Of a DNA stretch of 64,000 bases, positions 40,647 to 50,782 are shown one piece after another. Under the pieces are notes generated by a model, which saw nothing but the letters and a program-made list of their open reading frames with translations, had not been told where the DNA came from and made no database searches. The DNA comes from Phormidium sp. GTDB lineage: Bacteria; Cyanobacteriota; Cyanobacteriia; Cyanobacteriales; Aerosakkonemataceae. The position numbers and the translations under genes are program-made. How positions within the stretch are numbered: the first letter of the stretch is position 1; each line of letters starts with the position of its first letter. The DNA lies in contig CP143273.1 of NCBI GenBank assembly GCA_051013385.1, positions 160,001 to 224,000 on the forward strand, in the 5' to 3' direction.

Positions 40647-43600
40647 ATGGGTGAAAAGATGATGAACGAACAACGCATTCAAGCCTATCTCAATTTAATT
40701 CAACAACTCCTCTCCTGTCCCAATGGTGAGGAAAACCAAATTCTCAACCAGTCTTTTGATTTGGTGGATGAGGGTTTTGTGCAGATGTGCGAACAGGTGG
40801 CGACACAGATCCAGGAAGAAGGGGAAGAGAATGCAGCGGATTTTCTGCGAAACTTGGCGCAAGACGTGGTGGAATATCTCAATAATGAAGCCTCTGAGGA
40901 TGGAAGTGAACCCAGCGAAACCCAACCGAACACTATAGAGGAAGAGTATCTCAACTTTTTAATGGAAGTGTTGCAAGCGACTGAAGATAGTCGAGGCAAT
41001 CCATCAGTGGTTTATCCTCTGCTGCAACAGAACCTAGATAAGTTGGATTTGAACTTGGTTAATGTATTGCAAAAATTAGCCCAAAAATTGAAGGAAATCG
41101 AGGAAAATGAAGCCATTAAGCTTGCCAAAGTTATCGGCAACTTTGTGTACTTAATGCGACAATTTTCCTTGGGAAGTCCGGCAGATAATCTGGAAATTGT
41201 GATAGTCTGCTATGAAATAATTTGTACCGTTTTCACCAAAGAAAAAGCCCCGCAAATTTGGGCAGCACTCCAAAATGACTTGGGGATTGCTTACAGTGAA
41301 CGCATCTGGGGAAAGCGGGCGGATAACCTCGAACAAGCTATTACTGCCTATCGAAACGCATTAAAAATCTATACCCATGAAACCTCTCCCGAAAATTGGG
41401 CAATGGCTCAAAGTAACTTGGGGACTGCTTACAGTGAACGCATCGAAGGAAAGCGGATAGATAACATTGAACAGGCGATCGCAGCTTACAAAGCTGCATT
41501 AGAAGTCTATAACCGTACCGCCTTTTCTGAAAAATGGGCAGATACTCAACATAACTTGGGTGCAGCTTACAGCGATCGCATCCAAGGAGAGCGGGCGAAC
41601 AATCTTGAACAGGCGATTGCTGCTTATCAAGCAGCATTAGAAGTTTCTACTCTTGAAGCCTTTCCTCAAAAATGGGCAGGGACTCAAAATACCCTGGGAA
41701 ATGCCTACTTATACCGCATCAAAGGAGAGCGGGCGGACAACCTAGAACGAGCTATTACTTCCTACAAAGCTGCGTTAGAAGTCTATACCCGTACTGCCTT
41801 TCCCGAAAAATGGGCAATGACTCAAAATAATTTAGCTGTTGCCTATCGTAACCGCATCAAAGGAGAGCAGGCGGACAACCTAGAACAAGCTATTACTGCC
41901 TACAAAGCTACATTAGAAGTCTATAGCCGTACTGCCTTTCCCGAAAAATGGGCAACAACTCAAAATAATTTAGCGGTTGCCTACAGTGAACGTATCAAAG
42001 GAGAGAGGGCAGAGAACCTAGAACTGGCGATTGCTTGCTATGAAGCCGCATTAAAAGTCTATACCTGTAAAGACTTTCCCGAAAAATGGGCAGCAACTCA
42101 AAATAACTTGGGCAATGCCTACTTATACCGCATTGAAGGAGAGCGGGCGGAGAACCTAGAACGGGCGATTGCTTGCTATGAAGCCGCATTAACACTCCGC
42201 ACTCGTGAAGCCTTTCCTCAAGAATGGGCAAGGACTCAAAATTGTTTGGGGGCTGCCTACAGTGAACGCATCGAAGGAAAGCGAATAGAGAACCTTGAAC
42301 AGGCGATCGCAGCCTATAAAGCTGCATTAGAAGTGTATAACCGTACCGCCTTTCCTGAAGAATGGGCAACTACTCAAAATAACTTGGGGAATGTCTACCA
42401 AAGCCGAATCAAAGGAGAACGGGCAGACAACTTAAAACAAGCTATTGCTGCCTATCAAGCTGCCTTAGAAGTGCGTACTCGCCAAGCCCTTCCCCAAGAC
42501 CATGTACAAACCTTATTTAACTTAGGACTTACCTATCGCCTCACTTCTCCCATCAAATTACAAAATGCCTACGATACCTTTGCCTCTGCCATTGACACTA
42601 TAGAAGAGATTCGCAGTGGCATCATTGAAGGTGGCGAGACAGACAAACAGAAATTAGCGGAAAAATGGAATGGACTGGGGCTCTATCGCAATATGGTCGA
42701 AGTCTGCCTAGAATTGAACAACTACGCCGCCGCCCTGGAATATGCCGAACGCAGCAAAGCCAGAAACTTAGTTGAACTATTTGCCGCTACCCGCCTCAAA
42801 CCGAAAGATGTTTCCTCCGAAATCTGGGAACGCTACGACGATTTATATCAACAGTGGTGGAACCTCCAGCAAAGACGCGACAGTAGCGACTTCTCCTTCG
42901 GCGAGAGTTTCAACAACGACGACACCCGCAGTATTGAGATTTCTTCCCCCAACCGGGAAACGGTCGCTGCTGAAATTTCCCGTACCCTCACCCAGTTACG
43001 CCAACAAATCGACAGCTTAATCGAAACCGAAATCACCCCCCACGACCCGAAATTCCGCTTCGGGCAAAAAGTAGACCCCATCGGCTACAAGAAGATTCAG
43101 AAATTGGTGGACGAACAGACCGCAATTGTGGAGTGGTACTTTACCTCTAAGGGCATCCAAGCCTTTATCGTCACCCGCCAAGGGCAACACCCTATCCCCG
43201 TCCCTACCAAAAGTAGTGCCTTAGATGCTTTGGAACAGTTGAAAGATGAGTATTTAACCGATTATCTCAACGATAACAACCATTGGCGGCAGGAGTTACG
43301 CTCGTACCTGCAACGGTTAGCGAAAATACTGGAACTCGATAACCTCATCTCCCAAATTCCCCACAATTGTAAGCAGCTAATCTTAGTTCCCTATCGCTTC
43401 TTGCATTTATTCCCCCTCCACGCCTTACCCGTTTCCGAAACCGAATATCTCAGCGACAAATTCCCCCAAGGCATTCGCTATGCCCCCAGCAGTCAAATTT
43501 TGCAGTTATCCTTAAGGGAGGATAGCACCCCACTGGAGCAGGACGGGCGATCGCTCTTTGCCATCCAAAATCCTACGGAAGATTTAGCCTATACCGATAT

Positions 43601-44423
43601 CGAAGTAGAAGCGATTCAAACCGCCTTCAAACCCGCTACGGTATTACCTGGAAAAGCCGCCAATAAAACCGCATTTAACCAAGCCATCACAATATTAAAA
43701 GAAACAGGTTTCGCCCATTTCTCCTGTCACGGCTATTTTAATTTCACCAACCCCCGCATTTCGGGACTAATACTTGCCGATGCCAAACTCCCAGAAACCG
43801 CCGCCACCGAAAGCATCCCCGTGATTCGTTCTCGTCGAGGTGAATTTAACCCCGATGAATGTCTCACATTGCCAGAAATCTTTAACCTGCGCTTGCGGAA
43901 CTGTCGCCTAGTTGCCCTCTCCGCCTGTGAAACGGGTATCACCGACATTAGCACTACCAGCGATGAGTATATCAGCATTCTGGCCGGGTTTTTCTTTGCA
44001 GGTTCGCGCAATGTCTTGGGCACATTATGGGCGGTAAATGATGTCTCGACAGCCATTTTTATGATTCGCTTTTATGAAATTCTACTGGGAGAAACGCAGA
44101 TTCCAGTGGGAGCATCCCAATTTTGCACGTTTATTTTTAAGGGGGCTGAAGAAACCCTTGTCATCTGGTTAATATTAGGAATGATTTTACAAAATTGGGA
44201 TGCTCCCATTCCAGTAGCGTTAGCATTGAAACAAACGCAGGAGTGGATGCGCTCAAGAACAGTTGCAGAGTTGTTAGATTGGATTAAGGGTTGTCAGTTG
44301 ATTAAAGAGGAACGGCGCGAGGCAATGTGCGATGATTTAAAATTAGGTTGGAGGCAAAAACTTCATGTTAAACGGTATGAGTCGCCTTATTATTGGGCAG
44401 CTTTTTGCGCCGTTGGACAGTAG
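40647..44423 (+). CDS. TPR-CHAT (caspase-like) protease
   Basis: About 11 tandem 40-aa repeats WA.TQNNLG.AY..RI.G.RA.NLE.AI; HFSCHG and LSACETG catalytic motifs; PYYWAAF. Confidence 0.93.
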   Translation: MGEKMMNEQRIQAYLNLIQQLLSCPNGEENQILNQSFDLVDEGFVQMCEQVATQIQEEGEENAADFLRNLAQDVVEYLNNEASEDGSEPSETQPNTIEEEYLNFLMEVLQATEDSRGNPSVVYPLLQQNLDKLDLNLVNVLQKLAQKLKEIEENEAIKLAKVIGNFVYLMRQFSLGSPADNLEIVIVCYEIICTVFTKEKAPQIWAALQNDLGIAYSERIWGKRADNLEQAITAYRNALKIYTHETSPENWAMAQSNLGTAYSERIEGKRIDNIEQAIAAYKAALEVYNRTAFSEKWADTQHNLGAAYSDRIQGERANNLEQAIAAYQAALEVSTLEAFPQKWAGTQNTLGNAYLYRIKGERADNLERAITSYKAALEVYTRTAFPEKWAMTQNNLAVAYRNRIKGEQADNLEQAITAYKATLEVYSRTAFPEKWATTQNNLAVAYSERIKGERAENLELAIACYEAALKVYTCKDFPEKWAATQNNLGNAYLYRIEGERAENLERAIACYEAALTLRTREAFPQEWARTQNCLGAAYSERIEGKRIENLEQAIAAYKAALEVYNRTAFPEEWATTQNNLGNVYQSRIKGERADNLKQAIAAYQAALEVRTRQALPQDHVQTLFNLGLTYRLTSPIKLQNAYDTFASAIDTIEEIRSGIIEGGETDKQKLAEKWNGLGLYRNMVEVCLELNNYAAALEYAERSKARNLVELFAATRLKPKDVSSEIWERYDDLYQQWWNLQQRRDSSDFSFGESFNNDDTRSIEISSPNRETVAAEISRTLTQLRQQIDSLIETEITPHDPKFRFGQKVDPIGYKKIQKLVDEQTAIVEWYFTSKGIQAFIVTRQGQHPIPVPTKSSALDALEQLKDEYLTDYLNDNNHWRQELRSYLQRLAKILELDNLISQIPHNCKQLILVPYRFLHLFPLHALPVSETEYLSDKFPQGIRYAPSSQILQLSLREDSTPLEQDGRSLFAIQNPTEDLAYTDIEVEAIQTAFKPATVLPGKAANKTAFNQAITILKETGFAHFSCHGYFNFTNPRISGLILADAKLPETAATESIPVIRSRRGEFNPDECLTLPEIFNLRLRNCRLVALSACETGITDISTTSDEYISILAGFFFAGSRNVLGTLWAVNDVSTAIFMIRFYEILLGETQIPVGASQFCTFIFKGAEETLVIWLILGMILQNWDAPIPVALALKQTQEWMRSRTVAELLDWIKGCQLIKEERREAMCDDLKLGWRQKLHVKRYESPYYWAAFCAVGQ
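44108..44207. mobile_element. 100-bp MITE inserted in frame in the CHAT domain
   Basis: 18-bp perfect TIR GGGAGCATCCCAATTTTG; 8-bp TSD ATTCCAGT at 44100 and 44208. Confidence 0.93.
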
Positions 44424-44428
44424 AGTTA

Positions 44429-44493
44429 AGAAACCGGGTTTCTTGCGGAAAACTAGGCCAAAAACCAAAATCTCGCTTAGAAACCCGGTTTCT
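44429..44493. repeat. AGAAACCGGGTTTCT-type palindromic element (relative near 50561-50604)
   Basis: AGAAACCGGGTTTCT...AGAAACCCGGTTTCT. Confidence 0.8.
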
Positions 44494-44529
44494 GTGTACG
44501 CCGTAAACTGACTAGAGGAATATAACATT

Positions 44530-44856
44530 ATGCAACCCGAAAAATTGATTAATGGCTTTCTAAAAGTTTGGGATGATAACCCAGAGGTTTTCGAGAATAG
44601 TGGCGCAATAGCTGGGTTAGATTCAATGCAAAAAGACATTGAAAAAATCAACCAAGAATCGCTGGAATATATTGCCAAGAGAATTGAGGACTTGTGCGAT
44701 GATTATGAAGGACTAGCAGAGGCAATCCTTGCTGCTAACCGCAAACCCAAACCGAGAAAAAGTGAAGATACAAGTTTAGAGAATGTTCTCGAAAATCGCT
44801 ATCCTGAAATCTCTAAAGCTTTGCGGGAAAAAATCGAAAAATCGGAACAAAAGTGA
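44530..44856 (+). CDS. Small acidic helical protein downstream of TPR-CHAT
   Basis: 108-aa ATG ORF with GAGGA RBS. Confidence 0.7.
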   Translation: MQPEKLINGFLKVWDDNPEVFENSGAIAGLDSMQKDIEKINQESLEYIAKRIEDLCDDYEGLAEAILAANRKPKPRKSEDTSLENVLENRYPEISKALREKIEKSEQK

Positions 44857-44866
44857 GAATATACAA

Positions 44867-45116
44867 ATGGCAAACAAAGAGTTTTACAAATCTTGCACCA
44901 GTGCCAAAATCCGCCTGCGAATTGATTCGCAGGCGGGCTAAAACGACAGATGCAAGCTCTCCGTTTTACGTAGTAATTGAAAGAGACGAAGACGGCTTAT
45001 ATATTGGTGAAGTTCCGCAACTTAAAGCCTGCTATAGTCAAGGAGAAACCATTGATGAGTTAATCCAAAATATCCGCGAATTAATTGAAATGTGTCTTGA
45101 GGAAATTGAAGAATAA
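44867..45116 (+). pseudogene. HicB-like protein frameshifted by a small insertion
   Basis: MANKEFY|insert|VVIERDEDGLYIGEVPQLKACYSQGETIDEL; GTTTTAC duplicated at 44881 and 44963. Confidence 0.8.
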
Positions 45117-45130
45117 TCAATAACAAAATT

Positions 45131-45385
45131 ATGTTACAACACTTAGACAGAATCACATTTGACCCCAAAATAATGACAGGTAAAGCCTGTATTCGAGGCA
45201 TGAGAGTTACGGTATCTTTAGTAGTTAACTTAGTAGCCAATGGTAAAACAACCGCAGAAATTATCGAAGACTATCCCTATCTGGAACCGGAAGATATTAG
45301 ACAATCATTGCTTTATGCTGCATGGCTGACGGAAGAAAGAGTAATTCCTATCCAAAAATCTGAAGATTTGGAGTCAGTTAAATGA
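45131..45385 (+). CDS. DUF433 family antitoxin
   Basis: RITFDPKIMTGKACIRGMRVTV...YPYLEPEDI. Confidence 0.9.
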   Translation: MLQHLDRITFDPKIMTGKACIRGMRVTVSLVVNLVANGKTTAEIIEDYPYLEPEDIRQSLLYAAWLTEERVIPIQKSEDLESVK

Positions 45386-45744
45386 AATTTTTAGCTGACA
45401 TGGGAATTTCACCTCGCACCGTAAGTTGGTTAAGGAGTCAAGGTTATGATGCCATTCATTTAGTCGAACAGGGGTTAGAAAAAATACCCGATGAAGCAAT
45501 TTTGCTGAAAGCTCAAAACGAACAAAGAATTATTCTGACTGTGGATCTAGATTTTGGTTTTTTGCTGGCGACAACTAAAGCATCACTACCGAGTGTAATT
45601 TTATTTCGTTTAGGTAATGAAAGCCGAGAAGTCATTGAAGAAAGGTTAACAGATATCTTAGAAAAATGTCAATCTGAATTATTCAATGGGGCAATTATTT
45701 CGGTAACTAATGAATATTACCGGGTGCGTTCTTTGCCGATTTAA
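45382..45744 (+). CDS. DUF5615 PIN-like toxin
   Basis: MKFLADMGIS...RIILTVDLDFG. Confidence 0.88.
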   Translation: MKFLADMGISPRTVSWLRSQGYDAIHLVEQGLEKIPDEAILLKAQNEQRIILTVDLDFGFLLATTKASLPSVILFRLGNESREVIEERLTDILEKCQSELFNGAIISVTNEYYRVRSLPI

Positions 45745-45775
45745 AAAAGGTTATAAAATAGTTAGGTTATTTTAT

Positions 45776-47170
45776 ATGAATCATCAAACAACCCAGAAAA
45801 GCGATAATCGAATTTTTGCCCCTAATGTCTACCTCTTTGCTTATTCCCTGATTGATGGCGCAGAAGGATCTAAAAATCCTCTTTGGCAAGCAGCAGATGA
45901 AATTATTAACGAATTTTGTCAGGGTGAAAATATTACTAACAACCTGATTTTTCCCAAGGATTCAAATAACGATAATCGCACCTACTTACTTAAAGACGAT
46001 AGTCTGGATTTCACTGGCACTAAAAATCCCGAAATAGAAGGATTTGCTCAACCCCAAAAAATTCAAGATTGTTATGCGCTTTGGCTCAATATCGGCTATT
46101 CTGATCGAGATGAAACTGCCAAAGATGTCTCGGTTGAGGAGCTAAGACAATTCAATCCTAATCATATCTTAATTCTGCCTCAAGCTGATAAAATATTAGG
46201 ACAAACTCTGCTCATAACCGCCTGGTTAACTAACAAAACTAAACAAAGGGATCGAGAATATCTCCGCAACTTAGCTAACCAATGTTGTCAAACTTTACTC
46301 GGAGACAAAACACCCCCATTTTCCCGCGCTGGTGAGTTGTTTGATAGTGCTATTTTTGAATATGGTAGACCAAAACAAGACTCCCAAGTTCTTGTCTGGT
46401 TATTCCGCGATGAAACGGCAGATCGGCAATATGATAAGTATCAACAGGAACTCATTAGTTTATTCCTGTATCGCACTAAAATCGTTAAAGCTTTTCAAGA
46501 TAGTCGCTTGATTTATACAGCACTAAACCAAGCTTACATTCAAATAGAAAAAAATCTCGATCGCATCCAACAAAAACTCGATACATCTAATACTAATTAT
46601 ACTTATCTCGACGATTTCAAAACCGACCTAAAAACCCTCGCTAGAGAATCCCTATCCTACACTCGCTTACTGCGAAAAATGGAAGATTTCGGTAATACAA
46701 TTGAGATAAATATTTACAATTATAATGAAAAAATTGAAGAAATTTGTGGTACAATAGAAATCGATAAGGAAGAACTATCGTTTCTTAAGTATTTCGGTCA
46801 AGAAACTGGGCCTCTCTTCAGTCGCCAAATCAAAGCAGACTTAGGCTATTTTGAACATGGAACAGATTTAATAGAACAAGCGATCGCCTCAATTCGCGGA
46901 ATAGTAGAAATTGACCAAACAGAAGCTAATCAAGACTTGCAAGATTTGATTCAAGCGGTAGGTGTGGGAATTGCAGCAGGTGCGATCGTTGCTTCTACAT
47001 CCGGTTTAATTACGCAACCTTGGAGTTTACCGGGGCGCGATCGAATTTTCCTTCCCCCTCACCCCTTTATAATTGCATTAGTTGCAAGTGTATTGTGTTC
47101 TGCGGGTGCTTTTTGGGTAGCAGAAAAGGTGATTAAGAAAAGGCGCAAGCGTTCCAAATCTGACTCATAG
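45776..47170 (+). CDS. CHAT-associated protein with helical region and two C-terminal TM segments
   Basis: LGQTLLITAW, GELFDSAIFEY, QIKADLGYF, IASIRGIVEIDQ, hydrophobic C-terminus. Confidence 0.75.
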   Translation: MNHQTTQKSDNRIFAPNVYLFAYSLIDGAEGSKNPLWQAADEIINEFCQGENITNNLIFPKDSNNDNRTYLLKDDSLDFTGTKNPEIEGFAQPQKIQDCYALWLNIGYSDRDETAKDVSVEELRQFNPNHILILPQADKILGQTLLITAWLTNKTKQRDREYLRNLANQCCQTLLGDKTPPFSRAGELFDSAIFEYGRPKQDSQVLVWLFRDETADRQYDKYQQELISLFLYRTKIVKAFQDSRLIYTALNQAYIQIEKNLDRIQQKLDTSNTNYTYLDDFKTDLKTLARESLSYTRLLRKMEDFGNTIEINIYNYNEKIEEICGTIEIDKEELSFLKYFGQETGPLFSRQIKADLGYFEHGTDLIEQAIASIRGIVEIDQTEANQDLQDLIQAVGVGIAAGAIVASTSGLITQPWSLPGRDRIFLPPHPFIIALVASVLCSAGAFWVAEKVIKKRRKRSKSDS

Positions 47171-47181
47171 ATCAGTTTTGG

Positions 47182-47245
47182 AGGGTGCGTCAGAACGCAG
47201 AATTTTTGCGATTACCATCAATTTTCTTAGTCTGACGCACCCTAC
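47182..47245. repeat. REP-like inverted repeat
   Basis: AGGGTGCGTCAGA...TCTGACGCACCCTAC. Confidence 0.75.
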
Positions 47246-48912
47246 TTATTCAAATAAAACTCATCAAATTTAATTACTTGAGAATTTGGTTCTCGCGTAT
47301 CAAAATGATAACTGCTCACCGTACCATTGGCAGTATCTAAAATACTAAAAACGGTGATATCATTACTGGCAATATATGGCATTGGTTGATTATTTTCATC
47401 AACTAAAGGTGCAATTGTTGGTACTATTGCATCTAATCCGTTGGGGTCGCCAGTTGCAGCATAATTTTCGGAATTATTAATAGGTACAGGTCGTTTGTTA
47501 TCGCCTAAAGCTGCACCGTAAGAGTTACCAACGTTGGAAGTTTCCAGAAAATTAACGCCACTAGAATTAATGAAACGATTCCATAAATGGGAATGTCCAA
47601 ATAATACTAATTGTACTTTTGCGGCGTTGAGTAATGGTTCAATATCCCGAATCAAGTAATCTTTGTCTTTGGGGTATTGATAGTGAACTGATTTAATTGT
47701 ACCATCGCCATTTCGTTCAATTATTTGTACGGGATAGGTGAAGGGAGGAACTATATTATCGCCTAAAGAATGTAGGGGATGATGTAACATTACTACTTTA
47801 TATTTTGCTTGCTGAAATTCGGAACCATTTAATTCTTTTTCTAACCATTGATATTGAACGCTACCTTGATGGATTGGCTCGAAAATGTGTTGACCGTATC
47901 CCCAATTTGCTGGGTTGTTTAAATCGCGATCGCACTCTCGATACTTCCCTTTAATAGTACTAGCTAAACTAGGACTGCGCCAAGCACAAGCAGCAAACAA
48001 AACTACTAAACGCACATCACCAATAGTAATTGCATAATATTTTTCCCCACCAGTACTATCATCAGGTAAAGTGAAAATTTCTTGGTAAGTATCGATATTA
48101 AAAGAGTAATCTTTTAACCAGAGTTCTTCGGGGATATCAGCTTTATCCTGATAAACTTGTTTAGCGAGTTCGCGGGGAAACGCATCATAAAATTGTTCGC
48201 TTAAGCTGCTTTCTAGGGAAAATCGACCCATAACTTCGTGATTTCCAATGGCAGGGAATAGCGGCGCGTGTTGAATGATTTCGCCGCCTTTGTAAATAGT
48301 AGAAATCCCATTTTTTTCTAATTTAGAGTTAGCTTTTCCTTGCAAACAAGGGAAAAAAGCATTACCTCGGTTATCATCAAACCATTCGGAAGCGCGATCG
48401 GGTACATTCACCAAATCACCTGCAAAGAAAACTGCATCAACTACACCAATTGTTTCAGTTAGTTTTTGCAAATTAGCAGCAGTCATTGGCATTAATTGAT
48501 GATCGGAAGTTAGCAAGATTTTTAAAGCTGTTCCCGGTAAAGGTTTAGGTGCAAGAGTAAAGGTTTCACTACTGAGAATTTCCCCATCTTCCCTTTCACT
48601 CTTTACTCGATAAGGAACTCGTTTCCCTGGAATTAAATTAGTTATTTCTGCTTCGTGTCGCCAAATATTCCGCGAAACTGGTTGTTGATAAACTTGGTTT
48701 TCTTCGGTTTGTTTCTCAAATTTTGACTTTTGATCTTCACGGGTGCGACTTAGTTTAATTGTGTTGGCGTTAACAATTTTGTCCAAGTTCTCACCAAAGG
48801 TAACAGTGTGGCGAGAACCGGGAAATTCGGTAAACCAAACTACTCGAATTGAGTTTTCTGTGGGAAGTTGCAAAAAAGGATCGGTTAAAAGTTGGGGTTG
48901 AGAAGACATCAT
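47242..48912 (-). CDS. Metallophosphoesterase (purple acid phosphatase-like)
   Basis: SDHQ, GDLV, GNHE, HHP, GHSH. Confidence 0.88.
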   Translation of the reverse strand: MMSSQPQLLTDPFLQLPTENSIRVVWFTEFPGSRHTVTFGENLDKIVNANTIKLSRTREDQKSKFEKQTEENQVYQQPVSRNIWRHEAEITNLIPGKRVPYRVKSEREDGEILSSETFTLAPKPLPGTALKILLTSDHQLMPMTAANLQKLTETIGVVDAVFFAGDLVNVPDRASEWFDDNRGNAFFPCLQGKANSKLEKNGISTIYKGGEIIQHAPLFPAIGNHEVMGRFSLESSLSEQFYDAFPRELAKQVYQDKADIPEELWLKDYSFNIDTYQEIFTLPDDSTGGEKYYAITIGDVRLVVLFAACAWRSPSLASTIKGKYRECDRDLNNPANWGYGQHIFEPIHQGSVQYQWLEKELNGSEFQQAKYKVVMLHHPLHSLGDNIVPPFTYPVQIIERNGDGTIKSVHYQYPKDKDYLIRDIEPLLNAAKVQLVLFGHSHLWNRFINSSGVNFLETSNVGNSYGAALGDNKRPVPINNSENYAATGDPNGLDAIVPTIAPLVDENNQPMPYIASNDITVFSILDTANGTVSSYHFDTREPNSQVIKFDEFYLNK

Positions 48913-49058
48913 GATTTAGGTAGGTTGTTGTGCTTTAGCACTCTTATCTTAATGGTAATAAGAGCGCTAAAGCGCAACAACTTACTCATTTTTATGTAAC
49001 TGGCAACTTAAGTTATTAAAATAAAGGTGAGCGATCGTACTGAGAAACAGGATAGACT

Positions 49059-50552
49059 ATGGCGGAAAATAATCGCGCACCTTGGGAATTTGGCAGATTT
49101 TTCCAAACTCTCACTTACTTTGAGGTAATTCCCTTTGTCAACTGTATTCAGCGGATATTTTCGGGCAATTTCAAGGAAAAAGCAACTGAATTTAAAGGAG
49201 GAAAAAGAGTGGGAGTAGTGCTAGTAGCTGGTGCAACTGGCGGTGTAGGAAAGCGCGTAGTAAAACGACTGGTGGAACGCGGATATTCAACACGCGCTTT
49301 GGTGCGAAATGTGGAAAAAGCAAGGGAAATGTTGGGTAATAACCTGGAATTAATTGCAGGTGATATTACCATACCGGAAACTTTAACTGAAGAAGTTTTC
49401 CGCAATATTACTGCGGTAATTTGTTGTACAGGTGCGCGTGTGCAACCTGTGGAAGGCGACACTCCTAACCGGGAAAAGTACTATCAAGGCGTGAAATTTT
49501 ATATGCCTGAAGTGGTAGATTCTCCCGAAATTGTAGAATACCAAGGTGTGAGAAACTTGGTGCAAGCAGCAGCGAAATATTTAGGGAAAGCTGACGAGAA
49601 AATGATTTTTGATTTTCGTAATGCTAATGAGGATATCAAAAATGTTTGGGGTGCGATCGATGATGTGGTTATGGGTGGAGTTAGCGCCAGCAATATCCAA
49701 TTAGTAGATAATACTGCTTTATTTGCTGGTAATGTTTCCACTGCTAATTCGGGAGGTTTCGCTTCCATTCGCACTCGCAATTTTGACACAGCTTTAGATT
49801 TATCTGCTTACGAAGGTGTTGAGTTGCGCGTTAAAGGTGATGGCAAACGTTATAAATTCTTCCTGCGTACCGATACTAAATGGGATGGAATTGGTTATAG
49901 CTATTCCTTCGACACGATCGCAAATACTTGGATGGATATTCGCATTCCTTTTGCCGATCTAGTTCCGGTTTTTCGCGCCAAAACTTTAAACGATGGCGAA
50001 AAGATTGATGCTAGTCAAATTCGTTCTTGCCAATTAATGTTGAGCAAATTTGAATATGATGGCGCACTCAATCCTAATTTTACACCAGGCGGTTTTGCCT
50101 TGCAAATCGAAACAATTAAAGCTTATAATGGCGCGAGTTTACCTCAGTTTATCTTGGTAAGTTCTGCTGGTGTCACTCGTCCAGGTCGTCCGGGAATTAA
50201 CTTAGAAGAAGAACCCCCAGCGGTGAGAATGAATGATGCGTTAGGGGGAATTTTAACTTGGAAATTGCGGGGAGAAGATAGCGTCAGAGAAAGTGGAATT
50301 GCTTACACAATTATCAGACCTTGTGCGTTAACTGAAGAAGCAGGAGGTAAAACTTTAGTTTTTGAACAAGGCGACAACATTCGCGGTAAAGTAAGTCAGG
50401 AAGATATCGCCGAACTTTGCGTACAGGCGTTAGAAGAACCAAAAGCTTGTAACCTCACCTTTGAAGTGAAAGAAACAGAAACCGCCTTTACTGGAGGAAA
50501 TTGGCAAAAATTGTTTAATAGTATACAGCCAGATTGGCGATCGCCAATCTAA
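49059..50552 (+). CDS. NAD(P)-binding protein with CIA30 domain
   Basis: AGATGGVG; DDVVMGGVS; NSGGFAS. Confidence 0.9.
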   Translation: MAENNRAPWEFGRFFQTLTYFEVIPFVNCIQRIFSGNFKEKATEFKGGKRVGVVLVAGATGGVGKRVVKRLVERGYSTRALVRNVEKAREMLGNNLELIAGDITIPETLTEEVFRNITAVICCTGARVQPVEGDTPNREKYYQGVKFYMPEVVDSPEIVEYQGVRNLVQAAAKYLGKADEKMIFDFRNANEDIKNVWGAIDDVVMGGVSASNIQLVDNTALFAGNVSTANSGGFASIRTRNFDTALDLSAYEGVELRVKGDGKRYKFFLRTDTKWDGIGYSYSFDTIANTWMDIRIPFADLVPVFRAKTLNDGEKIDASQIRSCQLMLSKFEYDGALNPNFTPGGFALQIETIKAYNGASLPQFILVSSAGVTRPGRPGINLEEEPPAVRMNDALGGILTWKLRGEDSVRESGIAYTIIRPCALTEEAGGKTLVFEQGDNIRGKVSQEDIAELCVQALEEPKACNLTFEVKETETAFTGGNWQKLFNSIQPDWRSPI

Positions 50553-50782
50553 ACCACTCCCAAAAACCGGATTTTGCCAGCAATTTGGCAAAAACCCGGT
50601 TTCTTCCTCTCTTCTCTTCCTCTGCGTTCTCTGCGCCTCTGCGGTTTCATATTATACTCTTACCCAACAGGGCATAATCCCTGTATAATGCTGTGACTTG
50701 ACAAAAAAGGCAATTAGCCGTTTTCTATTTCCAGTTAGTAAATTAAACTGACTTAATACAAGCAAGTCAAATTGCTTTTGGT

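Noticed and set aside
41260..42500. Diversity-generating retroelement target
   Set aside because: No reverse transcriptase or template repeat seen; variation fits tandem TPR units
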